Source: Vampirovibrionaceae bacterium NZW_1234
GTDB taxonomy: Bacteria > Cyanobacteriota > Vampirovibrionia > Vampirovibrionales > JAGQHJ01
Direction of reading: 5' to 3'
Length of the DNA: 64,000 nt
NCBI GenBank assembly: GCA_041697335.1
Contig: JBGUGD010000015.1
Location: 64,001-128,000 of the forward strand
Part shown: positions 1-9,680 of the stretch, one piece after another
How positions within the stretch are numbered: position 1 is the stretch's first letter
Layout: each line of letters begins with the position of its first letter
Position numbers and translations under genes: made by a program
Notes under the pieces: model-generated
Told to the model about the DNA's origin: nothing
The model's database searches: none
The model's input: only the letters and a program-made list of their open reading frames with translations

Positions 1-553
1 CGATGATAACCTGACGATGGTTTTTCAGTACTCCGCCCTCTTCGATTCTCTAACTATCTTTGAAAACGTTGCTTTTTCCCTGTTGGAAAAACCGGATTTA
101 GGCACAAGCCAAAAGGCTCGCCCCAAATACACCGAGCAACAGCTTCGGGAATTGGTTCACCAAAAGCTGTTAATGGTCGGCCTGGACGACATCCAGGATC
201 TCTACCCGAACCAGCTCTCGGGCGGGATGCAAAAGCGGGTCAGCTTCGCCCGAGCCATTATGAGTGATCCTCGAATTATTCTGTACGATGAACCAACGGC
301 GGGGTTGGATCCCATTGCTTCAACCGTGATCGAAGACTATATCCAAACCCTCCGCAATGAAATTGGATGTACCAGTGTGGTGGTCACTCACAACCTCACT
401 ACGATTCGGCGAATCGCCCATCGAGTTTGCTTACTTTTTGGCGGCAAAATCCAGTGGCTCGGCCCAGCCCAAGAGTTCTTTACTACGGATAACCCCTATG
501 CTCGCCAATTTGCCCACGCTTCTCTTGAAGGGCCCATGACGCATATAGAGTGA
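1..553 (+). CDS. ABC transporter ATP-binding protein, MlaF/Mkl/TGD3-like (5' truncated by window edge)
   Basis: MVFQYSALFDSLT, LSGGMQKRVSFARA signature, ILYDEPTAGLDP Walker B, VVTH switch; Walker A lies outside the window. Confidence 0.88.
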   Translation, partial: DDNLTMVFQYSALFDSLTIFENVAFSLLEKPDLGTSQKARPKYTEQQLRELVHQKLLMVGLDDIQDLYPNQLSGGMQKRVSFARAIMSDPRIILYDEPTAGLDPIASTVIEDYIQTLRNEIGCTSVVVTHNLTTIRRIAHRVCLLFGGKIQWLGPAQEFFTTDNPYARQFAHASLEGPMTHIE

Positions 554-883
554 GGGCAGTTCCACTGACATTTACCTAAAACCCTTTTTCAGTAAAGTTT
601 TACAACACACCAACTCAAGACTACACGCTCTGACGGTTGAGATCACCCCTCCAAAGCGAGCAAATTCACCCTATATTGAATGTAAAGCCAGAGAGGCAAT
701 TTTCTATCTTGAGAAACTCTATAGCACCAGACCCCTTTCTTATTTAAAAATGGTCCACCTGGCACCTCTTACTCTAAGCAACACTGCCCTGTACTCCACA
801 GGCAGAGTCCTGGAGTTGATTTTAGCCATAAACTTGATTGAAGTGACCCAACACACTTTTTGGGATACGAGAGAGTCATTCCC

Positions 884-921
884 CCCTTCAATCCCCTCAC
901 TTGGGTTGAAGGGTTCTTTTT
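884..921 (+). terminator. Rho-independent terminator
   Basis: CCCTTCAATCC/GGGTTGAAGGG stem followed by TTCTTTTT. Confidence 0.7.
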
Positions 922-955
922 ACGGTTGATGCTATTTTACAAACTTACTCAACCC

Positions 956-1429
956 TTAGTGGTCCTGGGGGAAAATCTCCTTCAAAAAGGGAATATTGGC
1001 ACCTGTCCGCTTTAAGCCCAATAAAAACCCAGCCAAAAGCAAGCGTTTGGGATCGCTGCTAATGACGGTTTCCGTTTTGGAGCCAGCCGTCCAGCCTGGA
1101 TAACTGACAGCATCTGCCTTCAAATCTGCGGCAAGATAAAAGGTATCCACAGAAGCCGGCCCTTCCATTGGATCGTAATAAGGGGCAATATGCACATCCA
1201 CACCCAGTTTATCTAAAACCCGGTCCATGCCATTAATAATGGGATCTTTCTGAATATCACGAACCATTGAGGCTTTCATGCGTTTTAAGGTCCAGCGATC
1301 CCACCATCCCATACCAGGAACTCCCTCTTCCCAACTCTTGCTTCGATTCAGAGAAAATCCTTGAAAACGCATTTTTGAGCTGGGAACACCCATTTCACGA
1401 ACGGGCTTAAGTCCTTGAATTCCTTGCAT
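956..1429 (-). CDS. hypothetical protein with RFG-like leader (MRFQG)
   Basis: 157-aa ORF with AAGGAG RBS upstream; no recognised domain. Confidence 0.7.
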   Translation of the reverse strand: MQGIQGLKPVREMGVPSSKMRFQGFSLNRSKSWEEGVPGMGWWDRWTLKRMKASMVRDIQKDPIINGMDRVLDKLGVDVHIAPYYDPMEGPASVDTFYLAADLKADAVSYPGWTAGSKTETVISSDPKRLLLAGFLLGLKRTGANIPFLKEIFPQDH

Positions 1430-1669
1430 CCTGAAATCTCCTTTTAAATGTCCGATATTTCCCTGAATATCCCTTTCACCAGCCGCAGCGCGACGAGCAT
1501 TGGGCCAGTATAAAGGGTTTTACTAACGGATTCAACAAAATACCCCGAGACACCATGCACAAATAATCCTTAACTCTCTGCCTGGCGCCAAACTCTCAGC
1601 GGCATACTACGCCATAATGACCGGAGCGACAAGGCAATCTCTGCCACATACCAAGTGCAAGGATCAGCT

Positions 1670-1700
1670 CAAAAAATGAAGCAGACCCAAAGGGTCTGCT
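1670..1700 (-). terminator. terminator after the 68-aa gene
   Basis: AGCAGACCC/GGGTCTGCT stem followed by a T-run on the minus strand. Confidence 0.6.
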
Positions 1701-1744
1701 GCGATTCTACTTCCACTCAAACTGTTAGAATCAAAAAAAGAAAA

Positions 1745-1951
1745 CTATAATCCCAGACCGACTTTACGAGACGGGGCCGGGGTCACATCTTCGATAGTTT
1801 CGAAGACTTTTTTGAACAAATCGCACACTTGGTCTGCGTTCATATCAAACTTTTGGTTTTCACCTTCTTTGACGGTAGCACTTTTAATATACGCCACCAC
1901 AATCTCCTTGGCAGCATTCAACTTGGCTTCGCGGCTAATTCGATCTTCCAT
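1745..1951 (-). CDS. small hypothetical protein (helical; AKEIVVAYI resembles the Ros/MucR N-terminal helix)
   Basis: 68 aa, GAGAGGA RBS, downstream terminator. Confidence 0.7.
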   Translation of the reverse strand: MEDRISREAKLNAAKEIVVAYIKSATVKEGENQKFDMNADQVCDLFKKVFETIEDVTPAPSRKVGLGL

Positions 1952-2156
1952 CGCGGGTGAAGTCCTCTCTCAAACATCATGATTGATTAGGCCCCTATTG
2001 TATCACTTTCTTTCGAGAAGCCCAAGATCCAAATACCGCCCTTTTGCCTGTAAAATCCAAACCCAACTGCAACCTGAAACCCACGCCTCTTGGCCTTCTA
2101 ATTGTGTTACCCTAAAGTGATTATCAATATAGGCTTGTCTCTGAAAATTCCTACGC

Positions 2157-3122
2157 ATGATGCAGTATCGACCCTTTGGACAAACCGGCTTAAGTGTTTC
2201 CACTTTGGGACTAACCCTTGCCCCAACACCCTTCAGCCTGCTCTCGGGAACCTCCGCCCAATCTTCCTTACAGAGTATAGACATTGAGCCTAATTTAAGC
2301 CCAGAGCCCTTGTGGCGAGCCCTCATTGAAGGAGTCACTCTAGTCTCAGTATCACGTCAGAGTCCTGAAAGTGAACGTCTATTGGGGCAGGTTCTTCGAA
2401 AACATCAACGAGACGTAGTGGTGGTTAGCCAAAGCGCTTTACTGGACAGTGCTATGACCACTGAAGAGCTTCGAAAAACGCTTAAAAATTCTTTGGAGCT
2501 TTCTCGCAGAACTATGGACCGAGAAACGATTGAAGTCTGGGAGCTGCCACTACTCACAGTCCCTTTACTTCAGCAAGAGTGTATTGCTGACTTCCTGTAC
2601 TATGCGCGCCATCAGGAATGGATCCGCTTTTTTGCCATTCAGCCTGTTGATGAGAAGGCTCTGGAATTCGGTTTGCAGCAACCCCATTGGGACGTTATCA
2701 GCACACACTGGGCATGGTTTGGCCCCCAAGCTGAGGAATGGGTAGAGCTAGCAACACGGCGCCCGGTAGCTGTCACTCAAGCGTTATACTCATTGGATGA
2801 GCTTCTATCATCAAGCGCTTCTGCCTCAAGTAGGCTACAAAACCTGGCAAAGCGACTAAGTCGCTCCCAAGCTTTGTGGCAAACGAAGACTCTCAGCACA
2901 TCTGAATCGACCATAATTTTTACGCTAGCGCACCCACTCATTCAGGCGGGCTGGTTTGCCCCATACCAAGTCATTCCCTGGTTTACGCGCCATAAATTTC
3001 TGGATTTACCCCAATGGTCTCAAGCCCAGTGGCTTGAAGCACTTAAGGCATTAGAGCAAAACCAACCGGATCAGTTACAGGCAGTGTCCTCTTTGTTACA
3101 CTACCAGGAAACCGTGTCCTGA
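2157..3122 (+). CDS. aldo/keto reductase-like protein (degenerate)
   Basis: MQYRPFGQTGLSVSTLGL, SERLLG and SLELSRRTM match the AKR pattern; catalytic residues not evident. Confidence 0.65.
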   Translation: MMQYRPFGQTGLSVSTLGLTLAPTPFSLLSGTSAQSSLQSIDIEPNLSPEPLWRALIEGVTLVSVSRQSPESERLLGQVLRKHQRDVVVVSQSALLDSAMTTEELRKTLKNSLELSRRTMDRETIEVWELPLLTVPLLQQECIADFLYYARHQEWIRFFAIQPVDEKALEFGLQQPHWDVISTHWAWFGPQAEEWVELATRRPVAVTQALYSLDELLSSSASASSRLQNLAKRLSRSQALWQTKTLSTSESTIIFTLAHPLIQAGWFAPYQVIPWFTRHKFLDLPQWSQAQWLEALKALEQNQPDQLQAVSSLLHYQETVS

Positions 3123-3200
3123 ATATTCTTAGCAACAAGATCCCTTGAGCCGTTTTATACCCGTATTGTCCCCCTCGATACAAAAGGAATTGCCTTTTTC

Positions 3201-4586
3201 ATGAAAATTCATTCCCCAATGGCGATGTCACCGCACTCAACCTATCGCAACCAATTCAAGGGTATCATCACTCCACAGCAGATAACCATGGCCTCAATCC
3301 GGTTTGAAGGGGAAAAACAACGTCATAACGAAGCATCGGGTCAATCTGATGGAAAAGGGCTCTTCGGCACCCTATGGCACTGGACGCGCTCGGCCTTATC
3401 AGGTGTTTTCTCGCTTCTGACAGCTCCTTTTCGCTGGCTGGGAAAACTTTTTAATTGGGGGAATAAGACTAAAACAGATCATTCAAGCGAATCCAAGGAT
3501 CCTACAGAAGTTGGGAACATCCTACGTCGGGGTCGAACCAAGCGAAACAATGGAAGCCAGGGAAAAACAGCCGCAGATCGCCCTGACTCTCCTGCAAGTC
3601 TCAATCACCCCACTAGCACGTTCGCAGAGCCTCAAGACGATAGTACAAGTACGACCACAACCGTACCCAAAAAGAAATTCCGCCCATCTCATACTGAGGC
3701 CCCTTCAGTAAAGATCAAACCCCACAGTATAAAGTCAGACTCTTCAACCACACTTATTCATACCGGATTGGCTCTTAGCCCTCATCAAACGGTTACCATT
3801 AATGATAAAATGGTCCATTTTTCATTACCAGAGCTCGAAAAGGTTTTTAATATCCTTGCCTTCGAGGATAACAATGATTTCACCCCGACAGAAGCTCATC
3901 AAGCCGCAGTCCTTACTCTGAAACTCCTGGAAATTGTCAGCCAGGGGCAGCAAACCAAACGTTTCCGCTCTGGCGAACAGGTCCTCAATACCGGCCTGAC
4001 CTTTGAAACTCTGAAAACCCAATTGGGCTCGCTGGCAACTGTTTCAGCAGAGAATATCCCCCGTCAAAGACGGTTTATGCACTGGCTGGTCAAGGATGTC
4101 ATCCGCCCCAACCAGGAAACTCTGGATGATCTTGCACAGACACTGGACTTGCAAAGCCAACAGCTTAATGCCCCTAAAGATAAACGGGCAGATGCCACAA
4201 TCTGTGTTCAAGGACCCTCCGAAAGTCGTCAAATTTTGTTCTTCAAGGCCCCACATCTGGCTAAGGTTTTCCAGACAGTTGCTGGTGTCCGTAAAGACTC
4301 TGCCCTGTTTAAGACATCTTTCACCCAGGACCAGATCCATCAGGCCGTTGCAACCACGTTAAAATTCTTACAGCAGACCAATGGAAAGCTCCTAGAACGT
4401 TCTCTAGCAAACTTGTTTGAGGTAGATCCGATTTCAGAGGATCAGCTTCTTAAACCGCTGGGCTTTCGTTCGGAGAGCTTGTTCCAGATGCTGACCAATC
4501 TTAAACGGGATCCCAGCTCTGCCGAGTTTAATCCAGATGCCGCCCGCTGGTTTCTCCAATCCATGCTGGATTTAACCAGCTCGTAA
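3201..4586 (+). CDS. hypothetical protein with RFG-like leader and an internal duplicated domain
   Basis: 461 aa, AAGGA RBS, IRFEG leader, two copies of KVF...FT...HQA..TLK.L. Confidence 0.75.
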   Translation: MKIHSPMAMSPHSTYRNQFKGIITPQQITMASIRFEGEKQRHNEASGQSDGKGLFGTLWHWTRSALSGVFSLLTAPFRWLGKLFNWGNKTKTDHSSESKDPTEVGNILRRGRTKRNNGSQGKTAADRPDSPASLNHPTSTFAEPQDDSTSTTTTVPKKKFRPSHTEAPSVKIKPHSIKSDSSTTLIHTGLALSPHQTVTINDKMVHFSLPELEKVFNILAFEDNNDFTPTEAHQAAVLTLKLLEIVSQGQQTKRFRSGEQVLNTGLTFETLKTQLGSLATVSAENIPRQRRFMHWLVKDVIRPNQETLDDLAQTLDLQSQQLNAPKDKRADATICVQGPSESRQILFFKAPHLAKVFQTVAGVRKDSALFKTSFTQDQIHQAVATTLKFLQQTNGKLLERSLANLFEVDPISEDQLLKPLGFRSESLFQMLTNLKRDPSSAEFNPDAARWFLQSMLDLTSS

Positions 4587-4661
4587 ACACCATCGCACTA
4601 AAGGCCAACGCCCTCTTGCAAGCAAGAAGGCGCTGATACTAGTTTGAATTTTACGAATGAC

Positions 4662-5699
4662 TTAGCGGAATTGAACCGGACCACGGCGTTCACCGGTCAT
4701 ATGAATCGTGTCCACAAACCGAATCATCCCGGATTTGTAGGCCATAACGATACTGTGTGTGCGAATCCCAGTTCCGAAGTATCGCACCCCAGCCAGAGTG
4801 TCACCCGTAGTAATACCTGTTGCGGCAAAAACGATTTCATCTCCGGGCACCAAGTCCTCAGTGGTATAAACACGCTCTTCACTGGGATCCAAGCCCATCC
4901 GCTCACCGCGCTCACGCTCTTCAACACTACGCCATTTAAGCTGAGCCTGGATTTCACCACCTAGACACTTGATGGCGGCAGCGGCCAAAACCCCTTCCGG
5001 AGCACCACCAATTCCCATGACAGCGTGGATACCTGATCCGCTGAGGGCAGCCGTAATAGCCGGCATCACATCACCATCGGTAATAAGCTTAATGCGGGCC
5101 CCGCATTCACGAACCTCTCGAATCAATTCTTCGTGTCGAGGGCGATCCAGGATAACCACGGTGATATCTTCAATGTTCCGCTCAAGACTCATCGCGATAA
5201 TGCTCAAGTTGTATTTCACCGGCGCATTGATATCCACCTTGCCTTTAGCCGAGGGCCCCACAATGAGCTTACGCATGTATGTGTCCGGGGCGTGAAACAA
5301 GCCTCCTTTTGCAGACAGGGCCAAAGTTGCTATAGCGTTTGGCAACCCGTTGGCCACCAGATTGGTACCCTCAACGGGATCAACGGCAATGTCCATCTCA
5401 GGCATTTCAGCAGAGCCTCGGCCGACTTTCTCGCCAATGTAAAGCATCGGGGCTTCATCCCGCTCGCCTTCGCCAATGACGATGGTGCCATTCATCGGGA
5501 TTTTGCCCAAGTGCTCACGCATTGACTCGGTCGCGGCATTATCCACAGCATGACGATCACCCATCCCCATGTGTCTGGCAGCCTCAATGGCCGCGGCCTC
5601 CACAACCCCGAGAATCTCCCGGGATAAAAAACGTTCGGCTGAAACACCGTCTGGCATCATTGTTGGCATTGGCAAATCCCGCTCTAATAATTCAATCAT
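4662..5699 (-). CDS. glpX: class II fructose-1,6-bisphosphatase (GlpX; FBP/SBPase-like)
   Basis: [44 protein letters not shown]; start chosen from the GAGGGG RBS. Confidence 0.95.
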   Translation of the reverse strand: MIELLERDLPMPTMMPDGVSAERFLSREILGVVEAAAIEAARHMGMGDRHAVDNAATESMREHLGKIPMNGTIVIGEGERDEAPMLYIGEKVGRGSAEMPEMDIAVDPVEGTNLVANGLPNAIATLALSAKGGLFHAPDTYMRKLIVGPSAKGKVDINAPVKYNLSIIAMSLERNIEDITVVILDRPRHEELIREVRECGARIKLITDGDVMPAITAALSGSGIHAVMGIGGAPEGVLAAAAIKCLGGEIQAQLKWRSVEERERGERMGLDPSEERVYTTEDLVPGDEIVFAATGITTGDTLAGVRYFGTGIRTHSIVMAYKSGMIRFVDTIHMTGERRGPVQFR

Positions 5700-5768
5700 A
5701 CACATATACCCCTCTATTTTAAGTGACATCCCCACTCTACGGCGTCAAATATTTTTTGCAATGATTAG

Positions 5769-5814
5769 AAACAAAAACACCCAACCTGACGATACGTACA
5801 AAGGTTGGGTGTTT
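5769..5814 (-). terminator. terminator hairpin upstream of glpX
   Basis: 13-bp stem 5775-5787/5802-5814 with TTTTTGTTT on the minus strand. Confidence 0.7.
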
Positions 5815-5957
5815 GATTGGTCCACACACACAACCTGTTTATACCGCAACCTCGTCTGGGACCGGAGGACCAGGAGCGGTTCACCTGTTTCTATAAGAAA
5901 CAAGTGCAATTCGGATTCCATTATCTTCTATTATGTCGGTTTGTGTGGGTCTAAAGT

Positions 5958-6905
5958 TTATTTACGTTCGGTGGTTTTTGCCTCATCCTTGGGCTTACCC
6001 GCATCTTGAGTCTTGGCCTGATCCGCAGGCTTGTCGGCGGGCTTATCGGCTGGTTTGTCGGCGTTTTTTTCAGCAGGCTTGTCGGCTGCTTTTTCCGTGG
6101 TTTTCTCTGCCGGTTTATTGGTATCCTCCTGAGCTTTTGCCTGTTCCTTGGCCTTGTCGGCCTCCTCAGCTTTGGCTTCTTCCTTTTTAGCCTCTTCTTT
6201 CTTGGTGGCCTCGGCCTCATCGGCTGCTTTTTTCTCATCGGCCTTTTTATTATCCCCTTGCAGCTTGGACTGCACCATGGACATCAAAGATCCGAGAGAA
6301 TTGGGATCCAATCCCAAGCCACCCAGCAAGCCCGCCAAGGGGTTTTGCTGTCCCATCTGCTGCTGCATCGGCATTGGTGGCATCATCTGCTGCATCTGGG
6401 CACGCTGCTGTGCCATAGCACCAATTCGAAAGATGTCATTCTTGATTTCTTTTACAAAACCACCCACGCTTTTCTGACTGGCAAACGCCTGATCAATGGG
6501 ACTCATACCGGGTAGAATAATAGGGCTAATAATATTTTGAAGCGAGTCTGGGCTCAACGAACTGCCACCACTAAGGCCCATCCCGCCCATAGCACCTAGG
6601 GGATTAGCACCGCCCAGAGAAGCCAAGGGAGAAGGCACACCCATCATAGGATTGGCCGCACTCAGAGGAACAGCACCACCCAATGTACCGGCCAAGCTGC
6701 CACCGAAGGCATCCGTCAACGCACCAGTTCCGCCTTGCGCCTGCTGAGAGGTCAACAGCACGTTAAACAATGACATAATCAGCTTCGATTTGTCGGCAGA
6801 TTTGGATTTGGAAGAGTCAGAGGACTCAGCGGATTCAGAAGCCTTACTTGAGCTGCCACTTTGCAGGGCAGACATCATTGACATAATTGATCCAATACCA
6901 TCCAT
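5958..6905 (-). CDS. Gly/Met/Gln-rich, Cys-free low-complexity protein with a charged K/E/A/D tail (harpin-like composition)
   Basis: Long ORF, AGGAG RBS before MDGIG; (A)DKP repeats in the tail. Confidence 0.75.
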   Translation of the reverse strand: MDGIGSIMSMMSALQSGSSSKASESAESSDSSKSKSADKSKLIMSLFNVLLTSQQAQGGTGALTDAFGGSLAGTLGGAVPLSAANPMMGVPSPLASLGGANPLGAMGGMGLSGGSSLSPDSLQNIISPIILPGMSPIDQAFASQKSVGGFVKEIKNDIFRIGAMAQQRAQMQQMMPPMPMQQQMGQQNPLAGLLGGLGLDPNSLGSLMSMVQSKLQGDNKKADEKKAADEAEATKKEEAKKEEAKAEEADKAKEQAKAQEDTNKPAEKTTEKAADKPAEKNADKPADKPADKPADQAKTQDAGKPKDEAKTTERK

Positions 6906-6986
6906 CGGGGGACTCCTAACACTCAATCAATTCACTACGAGGAAAACATCATTTAAGAGAGACTGTTGAAAAGAGATAGCTTGTAT

Positions 6987-7040
6987 AAATATAAAAACAA
7001 TCTTAAGACTCTCGATGATAATCTGTTAAAAAATCGTAAC
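6987..7040 (-). promoter_or_regulatory. conserved upstream element, copy 1
   Basis: GTTACGATT-N11-TATCA-N10-TAAGATTGTTTTTATATTT; matches the copies at 54978 and 55352. Confidence 0.7.
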
Positions 7041-7139
7041 GAAGCCTTCCTAATTCAAGAGAGTCAAAGGGGATTCCTTTCGGATATATTGGGGTAAAAG
7101 GCGGTTCCCGGATTTGCCAAGCACCCCTATAATAGGACC

Positions 7140-8294
7140 ATGGTGTTTAAGTTCATTAAAGATAAATTACCTGGAAGTGGTGGACGCAGCCTGCATGTGT
7201 CCCGCTTTTTTAATGTCTCGCTGGATGATTATCAGGCCACCGGGGAGCGTGATGCCATTTTGGCTTCGAGCGGGATGGGGAAATCCTACTTGACGGGCGT
7301 TATTGCCGAAGAAACCCTGGAAAATGGCGGACTCCTGTGTGTTATTGACCCTGAAGGCGAGTATTTCACTCTGGCCGAGCGATACCCCATGCTCATTATT
7401 GGCGGAGAGAACGCGATGTTGCCTCTGACAGAAGAGGCCATTGATTTATACATCCAAGCCATGCTGGAAACCAACCTGTCACTGGTCTTCGATTTATCGG
7501 AATACCTGGACCATGAACAACAGGATCTATACGCCCAGATTGCCGAGAGCCTGTTTCACCAGGAAACAACCTTTCGCAAGAAGGTCCGTATCATCGTGGA
7601 AGAAGCCCAGATCTACGCCCCACAGCGCTTAGCCAGTGCTGGCGGCGGCACAAAAAAGAAGAAATGGGACCCGGTGAACTCCAGTCAAAAGATTGCCAAG
7701 CGGGGTCGAAAACGAGCCATTGATTCTTTATGGGCCACCCAGCGCCCTGCCAGTTTAAGCAAGGATATTCTAAGCCAATGTAACCGTTTCTGGTTTGGCG
7801 GGATTACAGCCGAACAGGACTATAAAGCCATTAAGCCGTTCCTGACCGAAGCCGGTATCTCGTTTAACAACGTCAAAGAACTTCAGCCCGGGGAGTTTTA
7901 CTTCTACAGCAAGGGCATGACCAAGCTAATCAAGGTCCGAAAGCGCCATTGCAAACATGCCGGAGCCACCCCGGAAGCCCAGCAAACCTTCCAGGCGGTG
8001 ACCGATGTCGGACTCCAGCGTGCCGTAGAAGCTCTCGCCGAGCAGATTGCCGTTCGCGAAGAAGAAAAGCGCCAGGAGCAATCTGAAATCAACAAGCTCA
8101 AAATGAAAATCAAAGACCTGGAAGACGAAAACGCCCGCTTAAAAGACGAACTTGGACAAGAACGTCTGGCCACAAAGGTCATTAAACGCATCGAAATTCA
8201 AACCGACGAGCTCCCTCCACCCAAAGCCCCTGTGCGCCGCCGCCGGTCTCTGGCCTCGGCAACCAGTGCCGCCTCGGACTTGAATGACGAATAA
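7140..8294 (+). CDS. HerA/FtsK-like P-loop ATPase (DUF87/DUF853-like) with C-terminal coiled coil
   Basis: ASSGMGKS Walker A, IDPEGEY, IIVEEAQ Walker B, RGRKR, ATQRPA. Confidence 0.85.
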   Translation: MVFKFIKDKLPGSGGRSLHVSRFFNVSLDDYQATGERDAILASSGMGKSYLTGVIAEETLENGGLLCVIDPEGEYFTLAERYPMLIIGGENAMLPLTEEAIDLYIQAMLETNLSLVFDLSEYLDHEQQDLYAQIAESLFHQETTFRKKVRIIVEEAQIYAPQRLASAGGGTKKKKWDPVNSSQKIAKRGRKRAIDSLWATQRPASLSKDILSQCNRFWFGGITAEQDYKAIKPFLTEAGISFNNVKELQPGEFYFYSKGMTKLIKVRKRHCKHAGATPEAQQTFQAVTDVGLQRAVEALAEQIAVREEEKRQEQSEINKLKMKIKDLEDENARLKDELGQERLATKVIKRIEIQTDELPPPKAPVRRRRSLASATSAASDLNDE

Positions 8295-8330
8295 CCTTTA
8301 AACCAACTTCAGGGCATATTTGAGACTATC

Positions 8331-8681
8331 ATGGCATTCTGGCTAATCAAACTGGTTCTTTCAGCCTTAGTTATAGTTGTAATATCTGAAGTTGCCAAGC
8401 GCTCCGGCTGGCTTGGCGGTCTCATCGGCTCTCTTCCGATTGTGTCTATCCTGACGATTATTTGGGTTTATCTTGAGCAGCAACGTACGGACATTATCAT
8501 GGATTTGTCCATAAGCATCCTGTACTTTATTTTGCCCTCACTGGTATTGTTTTTGAGTTTGCCGATTTTACTGAAACGGGGAGCGCCCTTTTGGGGAGCC
8601 CTTTCTGTTGCCTTGACCTTAACCCTAGTCGCATATGGCCTGTTTTTTGGGGTACTACAACGACTTGGCATCAAGCTTTAA
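8331..8681 (+). CDS. small membrane protein, DUF3147-like
   Basis: 4 hydrophobic segments; SEVAKRS..LGGLIGSLP. Confidence 0.75.
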   Translation: MAFWLIKLVLSALVIVVISEVAKRSGWLGGLIGSLPIVSILTIIWVYLEQQRTDIIMDLSISILYFILPSLVLFLSLPILLKRGAPFWGALSVALTLTLVAYGLFFGVLQRLGIKL

Positions 8682-8765
8682 ACTTCAGAGTATTATCGAG
8701 TTCCACCTGTTGGATGCATCTCTAAGACCAAGCAGAAGGAGAAAACTACCTCGACAAGGCATCCT

Positions 8766-9425
8766 CTAGGCTATCTGCTGGCGCTGAAGCGTTTCCACAT
8801 ATTGAGCATAGCGAAGAAACTCATACTGTTTTTCAAGCCACAGATGGTAGTACTCAGACTCTCGACCAAACAATACCTTCGCGGCATCGGCTTTGTAGAG
8901 CGCATCGGTGACGACCAGATTGAAAAAGTGCTTTAAACCGCCTCCCATCTTCAGCACTTGCAAGGCATGCCACAGATCCGGTTGGCCAAACCTGACCAGA
9001 TACAAGATCAGCAATGTCTGAAGCTCCCGCCTAAGGCTGATGCGATCCTCCAGCGTGGTCACCGTACTCGAGAATGGCAATGTCTGCTTCCACATGGTTT
9101 CAGTCAAAGACTCAATGATCTCATCAAACTCGGGGTACTGTGGCAGCTCTTGAAATCCATGGCTGAATTGCCAACTCTGAGCATCGAGATAGGGCTTGTT
9201 AAAGACCAATTGCCGACGACTTACCGGAACTTCAAATTCGTGCTCCAGCATCAATAGGATTGCCTCGTCGGGTAGCGCAAACTCCAGGGTGTTTCTAGAG
9301 CGCTCCGGCAGGCATTGTTTAAACCGGCTCAGACATTCCCAAGGGGACAGCTCTAAAAATGCCTGAGGTGACAAGGCTTCATAGGGCTCTACCAGGATTG
9401 AAAATTTGACGGGCAAATTAAACAT
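8766..9425 (-). CDS. hypothetical protein
   Basis: 219-aa ORF, AAGGA upstream. Confidence 0.65.
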   Translation of the reverse strand: MFNLPVKFSILVEPYEALSPQAFLELSPWECLSRFKQCLPERSRNTLEFALPDEAILLMLEHEFEVPVSRRQLVFNKPYLDAQSWQFSHGFQELPQYPEFDEIIESLTETMWKQTLPFSSTVTTLEDRISLRRELQTLLILYLVRFGQPDLWHALQVLKMGGGLKHFFNLVVTDALYKADAAKVLFGRESEYYHLWLEKQYEFLRYAQYVETLQRQQIA

Positions 9426-9552
9426 GGCAGCAACAAGATCCTTGGGTTTGGGTCGTCACTATCTATTGTACAGTATTAAATCCCCTCGCTGACTTTCGCA
9501 ATTTTTGAAACAGATACAAAACACGCTCCCCAGGTCAGCAAGTTCGAGAACC

Positions 9553-9588
9553 AAAACCAAAAACAGGAATCCATGATGGATTCCTGTT
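9553..9588 (-). terminator. terminator downstream of the tRNA
   Basis: AACAGGAATCCA/TGGATTCCTGTT 12-bp stem plus T-rich tail. Confidence 0.7.
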
Positions 9589-9603
9589 ACCAGTCTTTTG
9601 AAA

Positions 9604-9680
<77 letters not shown>

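Noticed and set aside
750..929. 59-codon ORF inside sRNA candidate A
   Set aside because: No RBS, and it runs through the terminator hairpin.
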